The notes below the pieces were generated by a model. That model searched no databases. It saw only the letters and a program-made list of their open reading frames with translations, and was not told the origin of the DNA. A stretch of DNA of 64,000 nt from Convolutriloba macropyga (taxonomy: Eukaryota), in contig NC_134470.1 of assembly GCF_964194025.1 (NCBI RefSeq), forward strand, positions 35,464,001 through 35,528,000. Reading direction: 5' to 3'. Shown piece after piece: positions 41,301 through 52,881 of the stretch. Numbering within the stretch: the stretch's first letter is position 1; every line of letters starts with the position of its first letter. Both the position numbers and the translations under genes were made by a program.

Positions 41301-44300
41301 TTTGCCATTTTTTTCAGGTTTTTTGAAAATTTTTGTCATTCTTTGAGTTTTTTAAAGCCCTAGTGTCAAGAAACCTCCTCTAAGGTTTGATAAAGGGTTT
41401 AATAATAGATTACTGCATAGTTTTTAGTGGTAATGGAATGGTTTTCAACTTTTTGCCATCATGAATTTTACAATTTTTTGACAAAACTTGCAATTTTCAG
41501 ATTTTTTGACATTTTTTGTCATTATTCAGTTTGTTTGAGTCAATGGACAGAAAACCTCATTAGGGTTTGGATAATAAGTTACTGAAAATTTTTTATTTGC
41601 CATGGGATAGGTTTCAATTTTTGATTATCACAAATTTTGCCAGTTTTTTCTTGACAAAATTCGCATTTTGTTCAGGTTTTTGAAAATTTTCAACATTTTT
41701 TCAATTTTCCAGCTTCAGGGACCAGGCAATCTCCTTTGAGGTATGTTAATAGGGCGCTGCATCTTTTCTAGTAACAATGGAATGGTTTTTAACATTTTAT
41801 TGTCATTTTAATTTTTTCTGGTTTCCTCAAGTTTTTGTCAGTTTTTGATATTCGTCCATTCTCAAGTGCGAGAAAACCTATTCCACGTTCTGATAGAAAG
41901 TTACTGCATGGTTTTTACTTGCAATGGATTTGTTTTCACCAATTTAACCTTTCGACGTTTAGATTAGGTATTTTTAAAGGGAAAAAGTTTTGCCTTGGGT
42001 TTAAAAGCATCGAGTTTTAGCAATGAGTACGTCTTTGTTTTGTTTTGATTCTTTTAGTTTCTCAATTTTTTGTTCTGGCCGGCATTGTTCAATTGATCTG
42101 CTGGTCAGGTAGAGTACGTCTAAGTTTTTCATGCAATTCTTTGAACTGTTTTTCAGGACTTGTCATGCTATGTTTTATTTTTACTTCGTCTAACACATTT
42201 TTGTTTCGTCTTACCCTGACTTTCATGACTTTGATGACTTTTCGTGACTTTCCAAACGGGATAAACAGCGCTTTTTCCTTATAGAGCGTATGTGTCTCAT
42301 GAAACTGACAGACCGGATCTAACCAAAAGTCTAGTGGTCTTTTAAATGACTGGTGGTCACTCTGTCTATCTTTTTTAGTTGCTTCAAATCCATGGAAGGC
42401 CTGAAGCGTCTATCGCGGCTATTTTCCGGCAATCTGCCGGCTATGTTTTATGAAAGCTAAGCTTTCATAAAGGGTTCTTTTAAATGAAAAACGGCGCCAA
42501 ATATGACTTTTTGAGATGATTTTGTGCAAATTTGTAAAAATAAACACCTTCAAATTGCTGACGCAATCTTGTTGAACTAGAATGAGGGCAATGTCACCTT
42601 CCACGCTTTAGAGGAGTTTCCTGGAATCACATTTTGTGGATTTTCTGCTAATTAATAGTTGCAAAGTGATAGCGGGGGCTATTATTGGCTTTCTCTTGTT
42701 TTTTTTTTAAATTTAAAGAAATTGATTTGTAATGGCCTTTTTTTCATGATCTGTCTGCCCATTTTGATGATTTTGAAGTCAAATTGGAGAAGTGATTTTG
42801 GTCAAGCCGAAATAAGAAGTGGAGCTAAAAAGCGAGTGGTTTTGTGGCGTGAAATTTTGCGCTCTAAATTTAAAGTAGAGTGAGAAATTGGTGTTTGAAC
42901 AAAAGTTCGCTTTCTCGCTGGTGGTTTTTTGTTCACATGCGCACTTTCACTTTGATTTTTACTGTTTTTTCAATGTTTTGGATCGGATTTTTTCTAAATG
43001 GTTTTCCCAATCCATTCATAGTCCGATCAAGGTCTAGTTTTCTGTTTAGTCAATGAAATTTCTTTGAATTGCACTCCAGGACTTGTCCGGCTATGTTTTT
43101 TTACTTCGTCTAGCAGATTTTTGTTTCGTCTTACCCTGACTTCTTGGAATTGACTTTTTCAGCGACATCTACTGCTAAGACGAGTGGTTTTGCTGTGTCA
43201 GTTTTTTCAGTCGAACTTTAAAATAGAGGAGAAAACCGTTTTTGAACGAAAATTCGAATTCTCAATTGTGGTTTTTTTTATTCACATGCGGAAATTTAAC
43301 TTTGATTTTTTACTGTTTTTCGATTTTTATATCGCGTTTTCTAAATTGCTTTCCAAATCCAATCCTAGTCAGGTCTAGGTCTAGTTTTTTATTCAGTTAA
43401 TCAAAAGTCTTCGAATTGTCAGGACCTGTCCCCTGCTGTTTTTTTTGTTTTTTGTTAAGTTTTTTGTTACAACCATATGACGTCGCGGTCACTTCAAATC
43501 TGCTTTTTAATTGCTCTTGAGTGAAGTTTGTTGCAATCATTGTCAACGTGTTGGTCTTTTTTATGCAAAATTTTTGATTGAAGATTTTGACTTTTCGAGT
43601 TTACACCCTTGAGTTCTTACATTTTGCGTGATGTAAATTTCTCTCATTCACATGTGTCAACAGTTCAACTCAATTTCTGACAGTTCACTGCTAAAATGCA
43701 ACTGTAAAGTACGCTAAATTTAGTTTACTTTTTTCGTTGAATTGTATTAGTGGTTTATACTGGTATATATAACCTCTAATGACGTCAGTTGAAGCCCCCC
43801 ACGACTGAAGCAGGCTGTAATAGATTTGAGTTTGCCATCAGTGGTTCGAAACATTTCTTCCGACGTAAGTCAGTTATGTTTGTTCATTCATGCATTTTTG
43901 TCCGCGTAATTTAGTGTTCGTCACTCGTCCGTGACTTACCTCTTCCAAGAACGACTTTCCTCGTTTTCAAAATGAATTTATTTATTTCAAGGAGATAAGA
44001 TCAACTAATCGTGTGCCACTATAATTGAAGGTTATCTGATTGCAGCTAATACAAGCTGCAATAAGTTATAAATTCCTAATGAAAATATAACATCTGAGCA
44101 ATTATTAAGCAGAACAGATTTTTCTCTTTTTCTTTCTGTTTTTATCCTCTTTTGCAGATCTAAGAAGCTAGAAAATCTAGTTTCTCGCTATCTGCCAGCT
44201 ATGTTTTCAATTGCTATTGTTCAATGATATTTAGCCGTTTCTTCGTTCATTGTAAATTTTCCTCAATTTTGTGGTGCCACATCTACTCAGCTGGCTATTA

Positions 44301-47300
44301 TTGTTACTATTATTATTGAGTTCCCGTTTTTTGAAGCTGAAGATTGTAAAGGATTGTTGGATTGTAAAGATTTTTTTTCAACTCGCTGAAAAGTTATGAG
44401 GATCTTTGAATCCCTATGGTTGCTGTAAAAATCACAGCAGCATGACATCAAATTCCTCATTTGTTGCAAAACAAAGTTTGAAAACGAAGAGAACTGACAG
44501 TAGTACATTTATTCATGACAGCTTTGGTGTAAGAAAGTTTTGCCCAGCGGGCAAAAACTTTGTTCAAAGCATTTTTGTATCTAATTATTTCAGCTGAAGT
44601 GGTTTGTTTAGCACATATTAATAAAGAATTGGAAGCAGGTTTAGCTGATTTTGCTTTAAAGAGACATTATGAAGAACAACTGGTGAAAATTGGAGACAAT
44701 TTTGTCTCGTTGATAATGTAATTCAGCTAATCGAATTAATTATTGTAGTTAATGCAAACACAATTGTTCCATCTTCCAGTATTGTTCTTTTCTGAAAAAA
44801 ATCTTATGGCTACGAATAAGTTGAAATGAGACGTGATTCAATGAATACAGGTTATTTAAATCCTCTTTTTAGTTGATGAGTTTGGGTTCGTTTTTGGGTT
44901 GTTTAGAAAAAACATAAACATATGTAAATTAAATTTTTTGATTTATACAGCTAAGTTTACCAAGGTTTTTGTCCGTGATGTTCATCCTGAGGCAAAAAAG
45001 AGCATGTTAAAAGACAGTTATCTAGAATTGCAAACCTGAAACCAATTTGACAATGATTTATAGACAAACACGGCTGAAACAATTTTAAAACCGCCAATAA
45101 TGCAAATAGAATTGGAACTTAAACGTTTGAGGAAAACTCTTTTTGATAAAAACATTTTTGGTGCAGCTTGATAATAACGTTTTTTGGTGCTAAAACAAAT
45201 GTTTCGGCGATACCATTTCAGATATATCGATATATCTTATGCTTCCCAATGCAAATGTGGGATCATTCTGTGCCACGCACATAACAAGCGAACTTCTTGT
45301 TCTAATTTCTTCACACTTGTAATCTTCATCCTGTTCAAAGTAAAGAACACCAAGTAAGTACTAGAGCCTTAACGAAAACTTTCCCAAAGTCATTAACAAA
45401 GTATCAAAAACAAACGCAGTTTTGTGTCATTGAATTTTGTACTTTAGACTTCAGAAGCCATTACCAAATCAGCACATCCTGTATCAGAAGAAACTGCCAT
45501 TGAACTGGCGGCTCTTGCAGCTATCAGCGAGAACGGGCTAATTGATGCGCCAGTAAAGGAGATGAGTGCCCAGTACAAGTCGTACCTACCCGAGGAATAC
45601 CGAAAAGTGAGCAAAATTGACAAGCGAATTGACCAGGCAAGAATTAAGTACATCGATCAGATCAAGGCTGAAATTGAGTCCAATGATGCCAGCGCTGCAA
45701 ATAACCAAAACGATTTGGAGTTCATAGAAAAGGCTGAGCGAAAAGCGACGAAGAAATACATTGACAAATGCAGAGCTTTGAAGACATTTGGCTATCGGTT
45801 CTACTTAGTGAAAGAAAAGATGAAGAACAAAAACAAACTGGTTCCAGTGCTCCTAGGAGTGAACAAAGACGGAATTGTGACTGCGGATGCTGTGAACAAA
45901 GAAGTCACAAAGATGTTCTATTTACATCAGATTAAACAACATTTTTGCACAGATGCTTCTTTTCACATTACCTTGCCCGGGTACCAAGCGGAAGATTACG
46001 TTGTACAGACGAATGAGGGAAAGAACATTGTGAAACTGCTGGAGGGATACATCGAGATCCACTTGCAAAAGGTACTTTTTACACAGCCGTTATTTTAAGC
46101 GGAATATCACGAATGGTTTGATTGGATAAATAATTGGTGAAATTATGGGGTCAACCTGTAATAACTTCGGTTATAATATGTACAACGTTTTTCAATAATG
46201 TACCCATAATTTTTTGAGAGCGTCAAGCAATGCGTTGTCTGGAGTTGCTTTTCGTATTTTTTTTGAAAAAGTAACTGAGAATTTTCTGTGTAATTGGTGT
46301 ATGGATATGTTAAGATGAGGAAGCGGGAGAGGTTGAACAACCAGAACACGGAGAATACAATTCAAGAGGAGAACATTGACTCTAAGCAGGCACAGACGTT
46401 CCAGATTGGAGGGGATGTGTCTCAAAGAGGGGGAAACTTGGGAGGGTACCACGGCATGGCTGTGCCGCAGGTCATGAGGCAAGGAGACGCTAAGCAAGTA
46501 AGTTCAAGATTTTAATTTGTTTTACCCCGCGCTTCAACTTTTATTGGATGTGAGAAGCAATTTATATCTTTTATCCTGCTCGCGTTGTGGTAAATGGGCG
46601 AGTTAAATGTTTTAAGTGGAACGAAATGTTACTAATTTTTTATGGGTCTTTGACAGGAGCTTGAAGAAAAGTGATCGTATTCAATGAAGCTTTGAATTGC
46701 TTAGGTGACAATAAACAGAATTGACTGGGGTGCCAAGAAAGCGAAAGTTGGCACCTACTTTGATGAAGGGGTAAGAAGAGTAGCAGAGGTTGAGGATGAC
46801 CTCCTCGAGTCCCAGAGAGGCTATATTCTCTCGAACGAAGCTGCTGACATGAATGCAGCAGTTGCTGGTCTTAGGGCCAACGAGTACCTGAGTAACATTA
46901 CTCATTTAGCTGTCCAAATGCTGGTTCCAGAAAACGAAAACCAACTTCAGTACTCGTTATCCACTGTGTCCAAAGACCTGAAAGCGTTCTCAGAAGCGAT
47001 AAAGATTCTGGCATCGCAGCTTGAGGATCCAGAGAAACGGAACCTGATTGACAGCGCAGTTGAACTGACAAATGCTTTCGGAGATTTGCTAAGACTAGCT
47101 CATCCGGGAAGTGAGGCGACAGCCGAGCAGTTGCACGACGCAGCACAGAAGATTGCAGAGAAGGCACAGAATATTGTAGACCAGTTGGACCAATTTATTG
47201 TGATCGGATCTGGAGCGGCTAATAGTCAGGTAAACATGTTTCCCATTTTTAAGAAATGTATCACTGAGTGACCTCGGTTACCCAGCGATGATATTGGTTA

Positions 47301-48358
47301 CTCAATAACAGCTTTGGATACCATGAAGGCAGATGTTGGGGGTAGCTGATACCCTCGCAATTGAATTCCGTACATATTGATTGAAATCTCAAATGAAGCC
47401 TGGAATTTCTGGATTTGGATTAAAGTTGCTTTCACTGAAACCTGAGCCAGTATGGCTAAATGGTTGTTCATCAGTAAGTTGCATTTATCCAAAATTTTGG
47501 TGTATTTTGTTCTCGGTTTGTAAACACTGGAAGGTGTAGTTTTGCATTTCTATGCAGTATAAAATTTGACGAGTGATCAAAATTTGAATTTAGATTCTGC
47601 TGAACCTGGTTCAAGAAGTGTTGAGCAAAGTGGAGGCTCTGACCAATAAAGCTGGTGAAATAGCATTTACTTCCGGTGTTGAGCAGAAGGCACAAGAACA
47701 AATCATGCTCAGCAAAGGTAGCCTTGAAGGAGCCTCGCTCAACCTGAAAAGTGTCGCCCATTTATTAGCCCCGGTTGCTGCAAACGATCCAATGAGCAAA
47801 CAGCAGCTGTCACGTGCGACCGATAACGTTGTGAAGAAGGTCAGGGATGTTGTCAATAATGTGCAACCTAACTGTCCCGATACAGAAGCAGTTAATGAAG
47901 TTCTCAGCATGTCACATCAATTGCACAACGATTTGGGCAATCTAGGCAGCTTTATTCACACTCTTGGAACTGGCGACCAGAGCAACGCTTCGAGCCAGTT
48001 CAGTCAAATTAACGCTCTTATGCAGAAAGTGAGATACAACATGGACAAACAAGACCAAGAGGCTACTATCAATGCTCTGAAGCATTTGATGGTATCTTGC
48101 AATTACTTGATCAAACAAGCTAAAGAAGACGCCGGTAATCCAAATGTTGATGAGGATCAGAAGCACTCGATAATAGCTGCTGCTCATGGATTGACTGGAG
48201 CTATGCGAACGTTGTTAGCCGACATCAAGGCGTACCAAACTGACGGTGGGAAACCTCTATCCAGAGAAGAAGTGTTGGCCATTCTCAAAAGTGTCCAGGA
48301 TCAAGTCAATGAGTTATGCAAAGAAGATGCTATGAGAGATGTCTTCATGAAATTGGAG
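32193..48358 (+). CDS. TLN: Talin-like protein, 5' part (F0-F1-F2-F3, neck, rod R1-R3, start of R4); exons 32193-32373, 36812-36960, 37556-37867, 38650-38676, 40570-40785, 45448-46071, 46315-46497, 46705-47229, 47594-48358; probably continues beyond the window
   Basis: All introns are GT-AG and the phases agree (1, then all 0), giving 994 open codons. Talin signatures: FGLF..GIWY (F0), DEYSI, KKMEKLKKKLRTDDEILWLD, RRKFFFSDVNV..DPVQLSLLYKQ, HPVS, LKTFG.FYLVKEKMKNKNKLVP.LLG, VQTNEG..I..LL.GYIEI, then helical-bundle rod sequence. Confidence 0.93.
36812..36960 (+). CDS. TLN: Talin exon 2 (F0; VERFGLFVPK...EGIWYDSSRDIEKLG...TLQ), missed by the ORF track
   Basis: gtgtttAG acceptor and GTtact donor. 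The translation matches the talin F0 pattern FGLF...GIW. Confidence 0.85.
37556..37867 (+). CDS. TLN: Talin exon 3 (end of F0, F1 and first part of the F1 loop)
   Basis: ttgttttAG acceptor; LEYRSLYRTITINLP...VGEIVRMVCQKEGI...DEYSI; donor GTaggt at 37868 (phase 0). Confidence 0.9.
38650..38676 (+). CDS. TLN: Predicted 27-nt symmetric microexon in the talin F1 loop (ASNSMMSRI)
   Basis: Branch-point-like actaac (38631-38636), aattttcAG acceptor, 9 open codons and GTaagc donor. Phase 0/0 fits between exon 3 and the 40570 exon. Confidence 0.6.
38783..39871 (+). mobile_element. Family B copy in a talin intron
   Basis: ttAATAGCCGC head; GCGGCTATT-tt-CCGGCAatcTGCCGG-gtatgtt tail; body matches 22390-22930. 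Confidence 0.7.
40570..40785 (+). CDS. TLN: Talin exon (end of F1 loop, F1/F2 junction)
   Basis: aattttAG acceptor; ATIGRNAKKMEKLKKKLRTDDEILWLDH...RRKFFFSD...DPVQLSLLYKQ; GTtaac donor. Confidence 0.95.
40827..42447 (+). mobile_element. Family B copy with substituted interior, in a talin intron
   Basis: Intact ttAATAGCCGCG...GCGGCTATT head and CGCGGCTATTttCCGGCAatcTGCCGGctatgtt tail. Confidence 0.7.
42652..44204 (+). mobile_element. Family B copy with degenerate termini
   Basis: Body matches the other B copies (gaagtcaaattggag.agtgattttggtca.gccgaaa); tail remnant atctgccagctatgtt. Confidence 0.55.
45448..46071 (+). CDS. TLN: Talin exon (F2 and PTB-like F3)
   Basis: actttAG acceptor; TSEAITKSAHPVSEETAIELAA...KEKMKNKNKLVP...GYIEIHLQK; GTactt donor. 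Confidence 0.95.
46315..46497 (+). CDS. TLN: Talin exon (head-rod neck)
   Basis: Weak tgttaAG acceptor and strong GTaagt donor. TIQEENIDSKQA...HGMAVPQVMRQG resembles the talin neck (TMLEDSVSPKK...HGSVALPAIMRSG). Confidence 0.8.
46705..47229 (+). CDS. TLN: Talin exon (rod R1)
   Basis: gcttAG acceptor and GTaaac donor; amphipathic helices including LIDSAVELTNAFGDLLRLAHPGS. Confidence 0.9.
47594..48358 (+). CDS. TLN: Talin exon (rod R2, R3, start of R4)
   Basis: gaatttAG acceptor and GTgagt donor; 255 open codons of helical-bundle sequence. Confidence 0.9.
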
Positions 48359-50044
48359 GTGAGTGTCTCCTGTTGGGGACAGTTTTCCATTAAGTCGATC
48401 CAAATGGTTTTCGAAACAGCCTAAATGGAATGTTCTAGAAGGGCCGAAATAAGAAACCAAGATTGTTTAGTAACAATTTTGAGACCCGTTTCAAAAGTTT
48501 TGTAAATGATATGAAGCTCACTGAACACTTTGATTTCTGCATCTTTGCAAACGATTCACAAACGTTTAGTTTCCAATTGCACGCAAAAGAAGTTTACCTA
48601 CCATCCAACTTAGTCTGTCTGGGCTTAGCTATCAGTTTAGTCTTTCTCTCTGGGCTGTAATGGTCATTTTGATGCGATGCTTTGTCTGACCTATTCAACT
48701 TTTCGTCGAGAGAAACGCGATAAATTGGTAACCTTCGCGTATGAAGGTATTAAGTGGCGGTGCAGTTCTTTAAGAGCTTTACCAGTCTCTACATTCCACA
48801 GTTTTCATTTAGGATTCTTTTGATATGCTCTTGAACAAATTTTCTAGCTATTTGGTGTTTTCGGGCGAATTTTCATCTGATTTTCATCCGCTTTCACTTG
48901 TCGACTGAGTTTTGCGGTCTATTCAATTGTTTATTAGAAACGCGTGTGCTACGGCCTTCAAAGATGCACACAGAGAATAGAGATTGTCTGGTTTGATGAT
49001 AAAACAATACAACTGTAAGGGAATTTTAAAACAAAATATTGGAAAAATAGCCTTCTCTAAAAGACCAGCACAAAACAGCTAAACTTGTTAAAAATCTAGA
49101 TTAATTTGATCGAATTTATTCCGTAAAATGTCTCAGTTGTACAAGTGGTCTGAAAGAAAAGATCTTTAGTTTGCGAGATGATGAGGAAACCAGCAAGCAT
49201 TAGCGGAACGTTGTGGAAAAACAACCAAATATTTCAAAATGGCATCAGACGATGGCAAAATTTAAGATAGAACACTAAAATCATTGAACACTAAAAATCA
49301 TGGAGTATGCAGCAGCCACACTAAATATTTTTTGTTCAAAAAGTAATTTGTAAGCATGAGCCTACAATAATCAAAAACAGAATCGATATCAAAAGTGAAA
49401 AATTGTATTTTTTTACGTTGCCAGGCGCTGACAGCAGAATTATTTTTGTTTTGGTAATTTGTAACGTTATATATTCTTTATTTGCATTTTTAATGTCCAA
49501 GGCTGGCGAGCGCGAGATTTTGTGTACATGCAAAAGCATAGTTGAAACTAAGTAGTTTTCCAGATATGTTGTTCTTTTGTTTTAGCTAATTTTGAGAGAA
49601 AAGAAGTTGTTTAAGTCAATTACCAGTCACCGGTTTCCAGCTAGAACATGCCGACAGATTGTGCATTATTTTTGAGATCTCTTGATGTATAGGAAAAACT
49701 GAGGAAAGTTTCTGTAATAACAGTTTTTACCAGAAAGCACCAAATTTGAGTGCTGCATGACGTCAAACGGCCGGAATTTAAGAAATTTAGGTATAGCTCG
49801 CAATGGCGAAAAACTGAATTCACTACAAATTGCAAATAATTAAACTTATTTCGGAAAAAAACCTGCAGAACTTTAATCGATAGTGCTCTTCTGGCAATTG
49901 AGTACAAATATCTCTTGTAATTTTAAGAAAGTGCCTGCCGTTTTTTTATTATTGCTTTGGAAAATTTTGGACAAAAAGGCTGATTTATCATTTAAAGCGT
50001 ATTTTGAACATAAAAAAGGCTTTGTAGTAATTAAGCTGTGACCA

Positions 50045-52881
50045 AACAAGGATGCTCGTTAATGTGCGTTCGCACATGATGTTCCGACCCGAGCTCATCT
50101 ACATTTTTGACTTAATTGTCAACCTAATGATGCGATACTTAACAATAGACGTTTGAATTTTAACAAAATCGTTATAAAATCGAACTACTAAAGGAGTTGC
50201 ATAATACCATGTCTAAATACAGCGCTCACAAGATCTGCCATTAGAAAGTCTGCGAGAAAATAAACAACAAAATAAGCAAAAACAAAAATTTTTCAGCGAA
50301 TATGATAAAAGAATAGAAAAAGAAACACAAATATTGACCACTCACAACACTTTTATGAAAACGCATATTGTCCAACAAACAAAACGTCAGTTACGACATG
50401 ATATCAATGGAAAAATAATTTCTGAAAAAAAATGGATGGAACCTCTCAAGGATGAGAATAAATTACAAGTTGACGAAAAGAACAAAAACTGAAAATTAAA
50501 ATTTATCTTTTTGAACGAACATCGTAAACTTTACTACTATTCGCTATAAACTGAGTGCATTGGCAACATCATTCATTGAACCCTCAATTAGAAGCCTATG
50601 CGACCAGTCTGCATTTTACGACTACATGAAGAATTTAAAAAAAGGCAAAAACAGCAAATTAAAAAAAAATGAGGGAGGAAAAGTGTCGAAGCCAAGAAAA
50701 GAAGAAATTTAGTAAAAAATTCTGTAATCTCAAAAAAATCTTTAGCGGCGTTGGGGTTCTTCTAATTTTTAACAATATGACTTCAAAAAATCAACAAGTG
50801 TGAACAAATATAATAAAACCACGAAATTTTTGAGAAAACCCGTTATGTCAACGGCGTTAAATTCAATGTCTTTGACCTGAAGACAAAAAATACAAGTTAT
50901 GCCTTAATGAGAAAGCAAGGATGTTTGTCAATCATAAGTCAATAACCGGACATCACAATAAGTCTTATGATTATGAAAACAATATTAAGTATATGAAAGT
51001 TCAGAAGAAAAGTCCGAGAAGAAATTGTCGAAGCCATTTAAACCAAACTCGTTTCTCTGAACTCTTTATCTATGATTCTTAGGACGTCTTTTATAAGCCA
51101 ATATGAACTATCAATATTAGGATAAGGAGATAAGTTTTCAAAACGAACCAAAATTACAAAAAAAATCCGAAACTTTTTTTTTGAAATTATGAGAACTCGT
51201 GGCATCGAAGTCATAAAACAAATATTTAGCAAATAAAACCGCTTCCCAGAGTATTTTCCAATGCAGTAAAAAGGAGGGTGGTCCTTTCACTGCTGAGACT
51301 AATAGTTCTTGAAAAATGTTTTAATAATGGTTGGTGTCCAAAAATGTTTTTTTAAGTCTTGATAGCCACCAAATTTCACAGCTCTCAAAGGAAATCAATA
51401 AATACGCAAAGTTTTGCCTCAATAAGGAGGTAAGGATGTTTATCATTTTTAAGTTATCAATAAGACGTCAAAATAAGTCTTATGATTATGAAAACGACAA
51501 AAGCAGGCAAAAACTAAAAATTCAGGGGAAAAGTGCAAGTCCATATAAACCATAAACTTTTCTCTGCAAACTTTATCCGTGATCAATTGAACGCCTTCTT
51601 TAAGTCACTGAGAACTTTCAATATCAAGTTAAGGTGATGAAATTTCAAAGGGAACCAAAATTACAAAAAAATATACAAAAGTCTAAAATAAAATTATGAA
51701 ACCTCGAAGTCATAAAATCAGCAGTTAGACTATGAAACCACTAACAAGATTCATTTTAGTTGCAGTAGAAAAAAAGGGAGTTGTTGTATACTGATACTGA
51801 CTTAAGGTTCACGAAAATAAGTTTAAGATTAGTTAATGTCCAAAAAAATTCTAAAAAATAATTTATGGGCAGAACAGGATGTTTATCATCAATAGGTCAG
51901 CAATAAGACATCACAACAATTCCTATGATTATGAAAACGACGTTAAAAACAGGCAAAAACGAAAAAAAAATTCAGCGGAAATTTGAAAAGAAAGTGTCGA
52001 AGTCATTTAAACCATATTTTTTCTGAAAACTTTATCTAGGATCTATTGGAGGTCTCTTTTATGCCAATGGGGACTGCCAATGCGAACATAATGAGATTTC
52101 AAAAGGAACCAAAATTTTTTAAAAAAAATACAGAAATTGTTTTTTTAAATTACAAAAACTGGTGTTATCGGAGTGATAAAAATAATAGTTGCCAGATGAA
52201 ACCGCTTAACAGATTAGTTTTGATTGCAGTTGAAATGATTGTGGTCCTGTCTCCTGTCATTACCGAAACTGACTTACTTTTCATGAAAATATGTTGAATA
52301 TTTTATTTTTCAAAAAAAAATTTTTTGAATTTTTTTTAAGTCTTGACAGCCGTTAAAGCACTATAAAGGTTTACATAATACATATAAGAAAGCCGATTGC
52401 ACTTTTAGTTAGCGAGTTTATGCCATAGGGCTCTCAGAACTTAATTACATCTCAAAAAGAAAATCAAAATTTCATTAAAAATTTCGAAAACTCAGTTTTT
52501 CATTAAAGGAACCTCGAGATGAAAATGACTAAAAAGTCTCTAAGTGAATAAAAAAACAATAAAAAATAGGAATGTTTTCTAAAAAAAACAGCTCAAATTG
52601 AATTCGAGATTTTTTATTGTAAATTTTCTCACGAGACCAGAACTAGCCTTTTTATCGGTCTTCTGGTAACTCTAAATTGTTTCATTTTGTAACGTGAAAT
52701 GTAATTTTGAAATAACATTTTTATAGAAAAGCCTCAGTTTGAAAAAAAAATACGCTAAAAGTGAACAAAGTCATGCAAATATCACGATGATTATATCGAT
52801 CGGCCAAAATTGACTGATTAAAAAACCCATTTGACTATATAGTTCCTCCCCCCCCCCACCCCACAAGTGGGGTCGGAACAA
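50045..52881 (-). mobile_element. Family A copy A5, inverted relative to A1
   Basis: Collinear reverse-complement match to 9049-12634, including both termini and the three subrepeats. Confidence 0.75.

Noticed and set aside
9049-52881. A1/A5 as the TIRs of one 44-kb giant transposon carrying talin
   Set aside because: The copies are diverged members of a multi-copy family that each have both of their own termini, and the interval cuts talin mid-gene.
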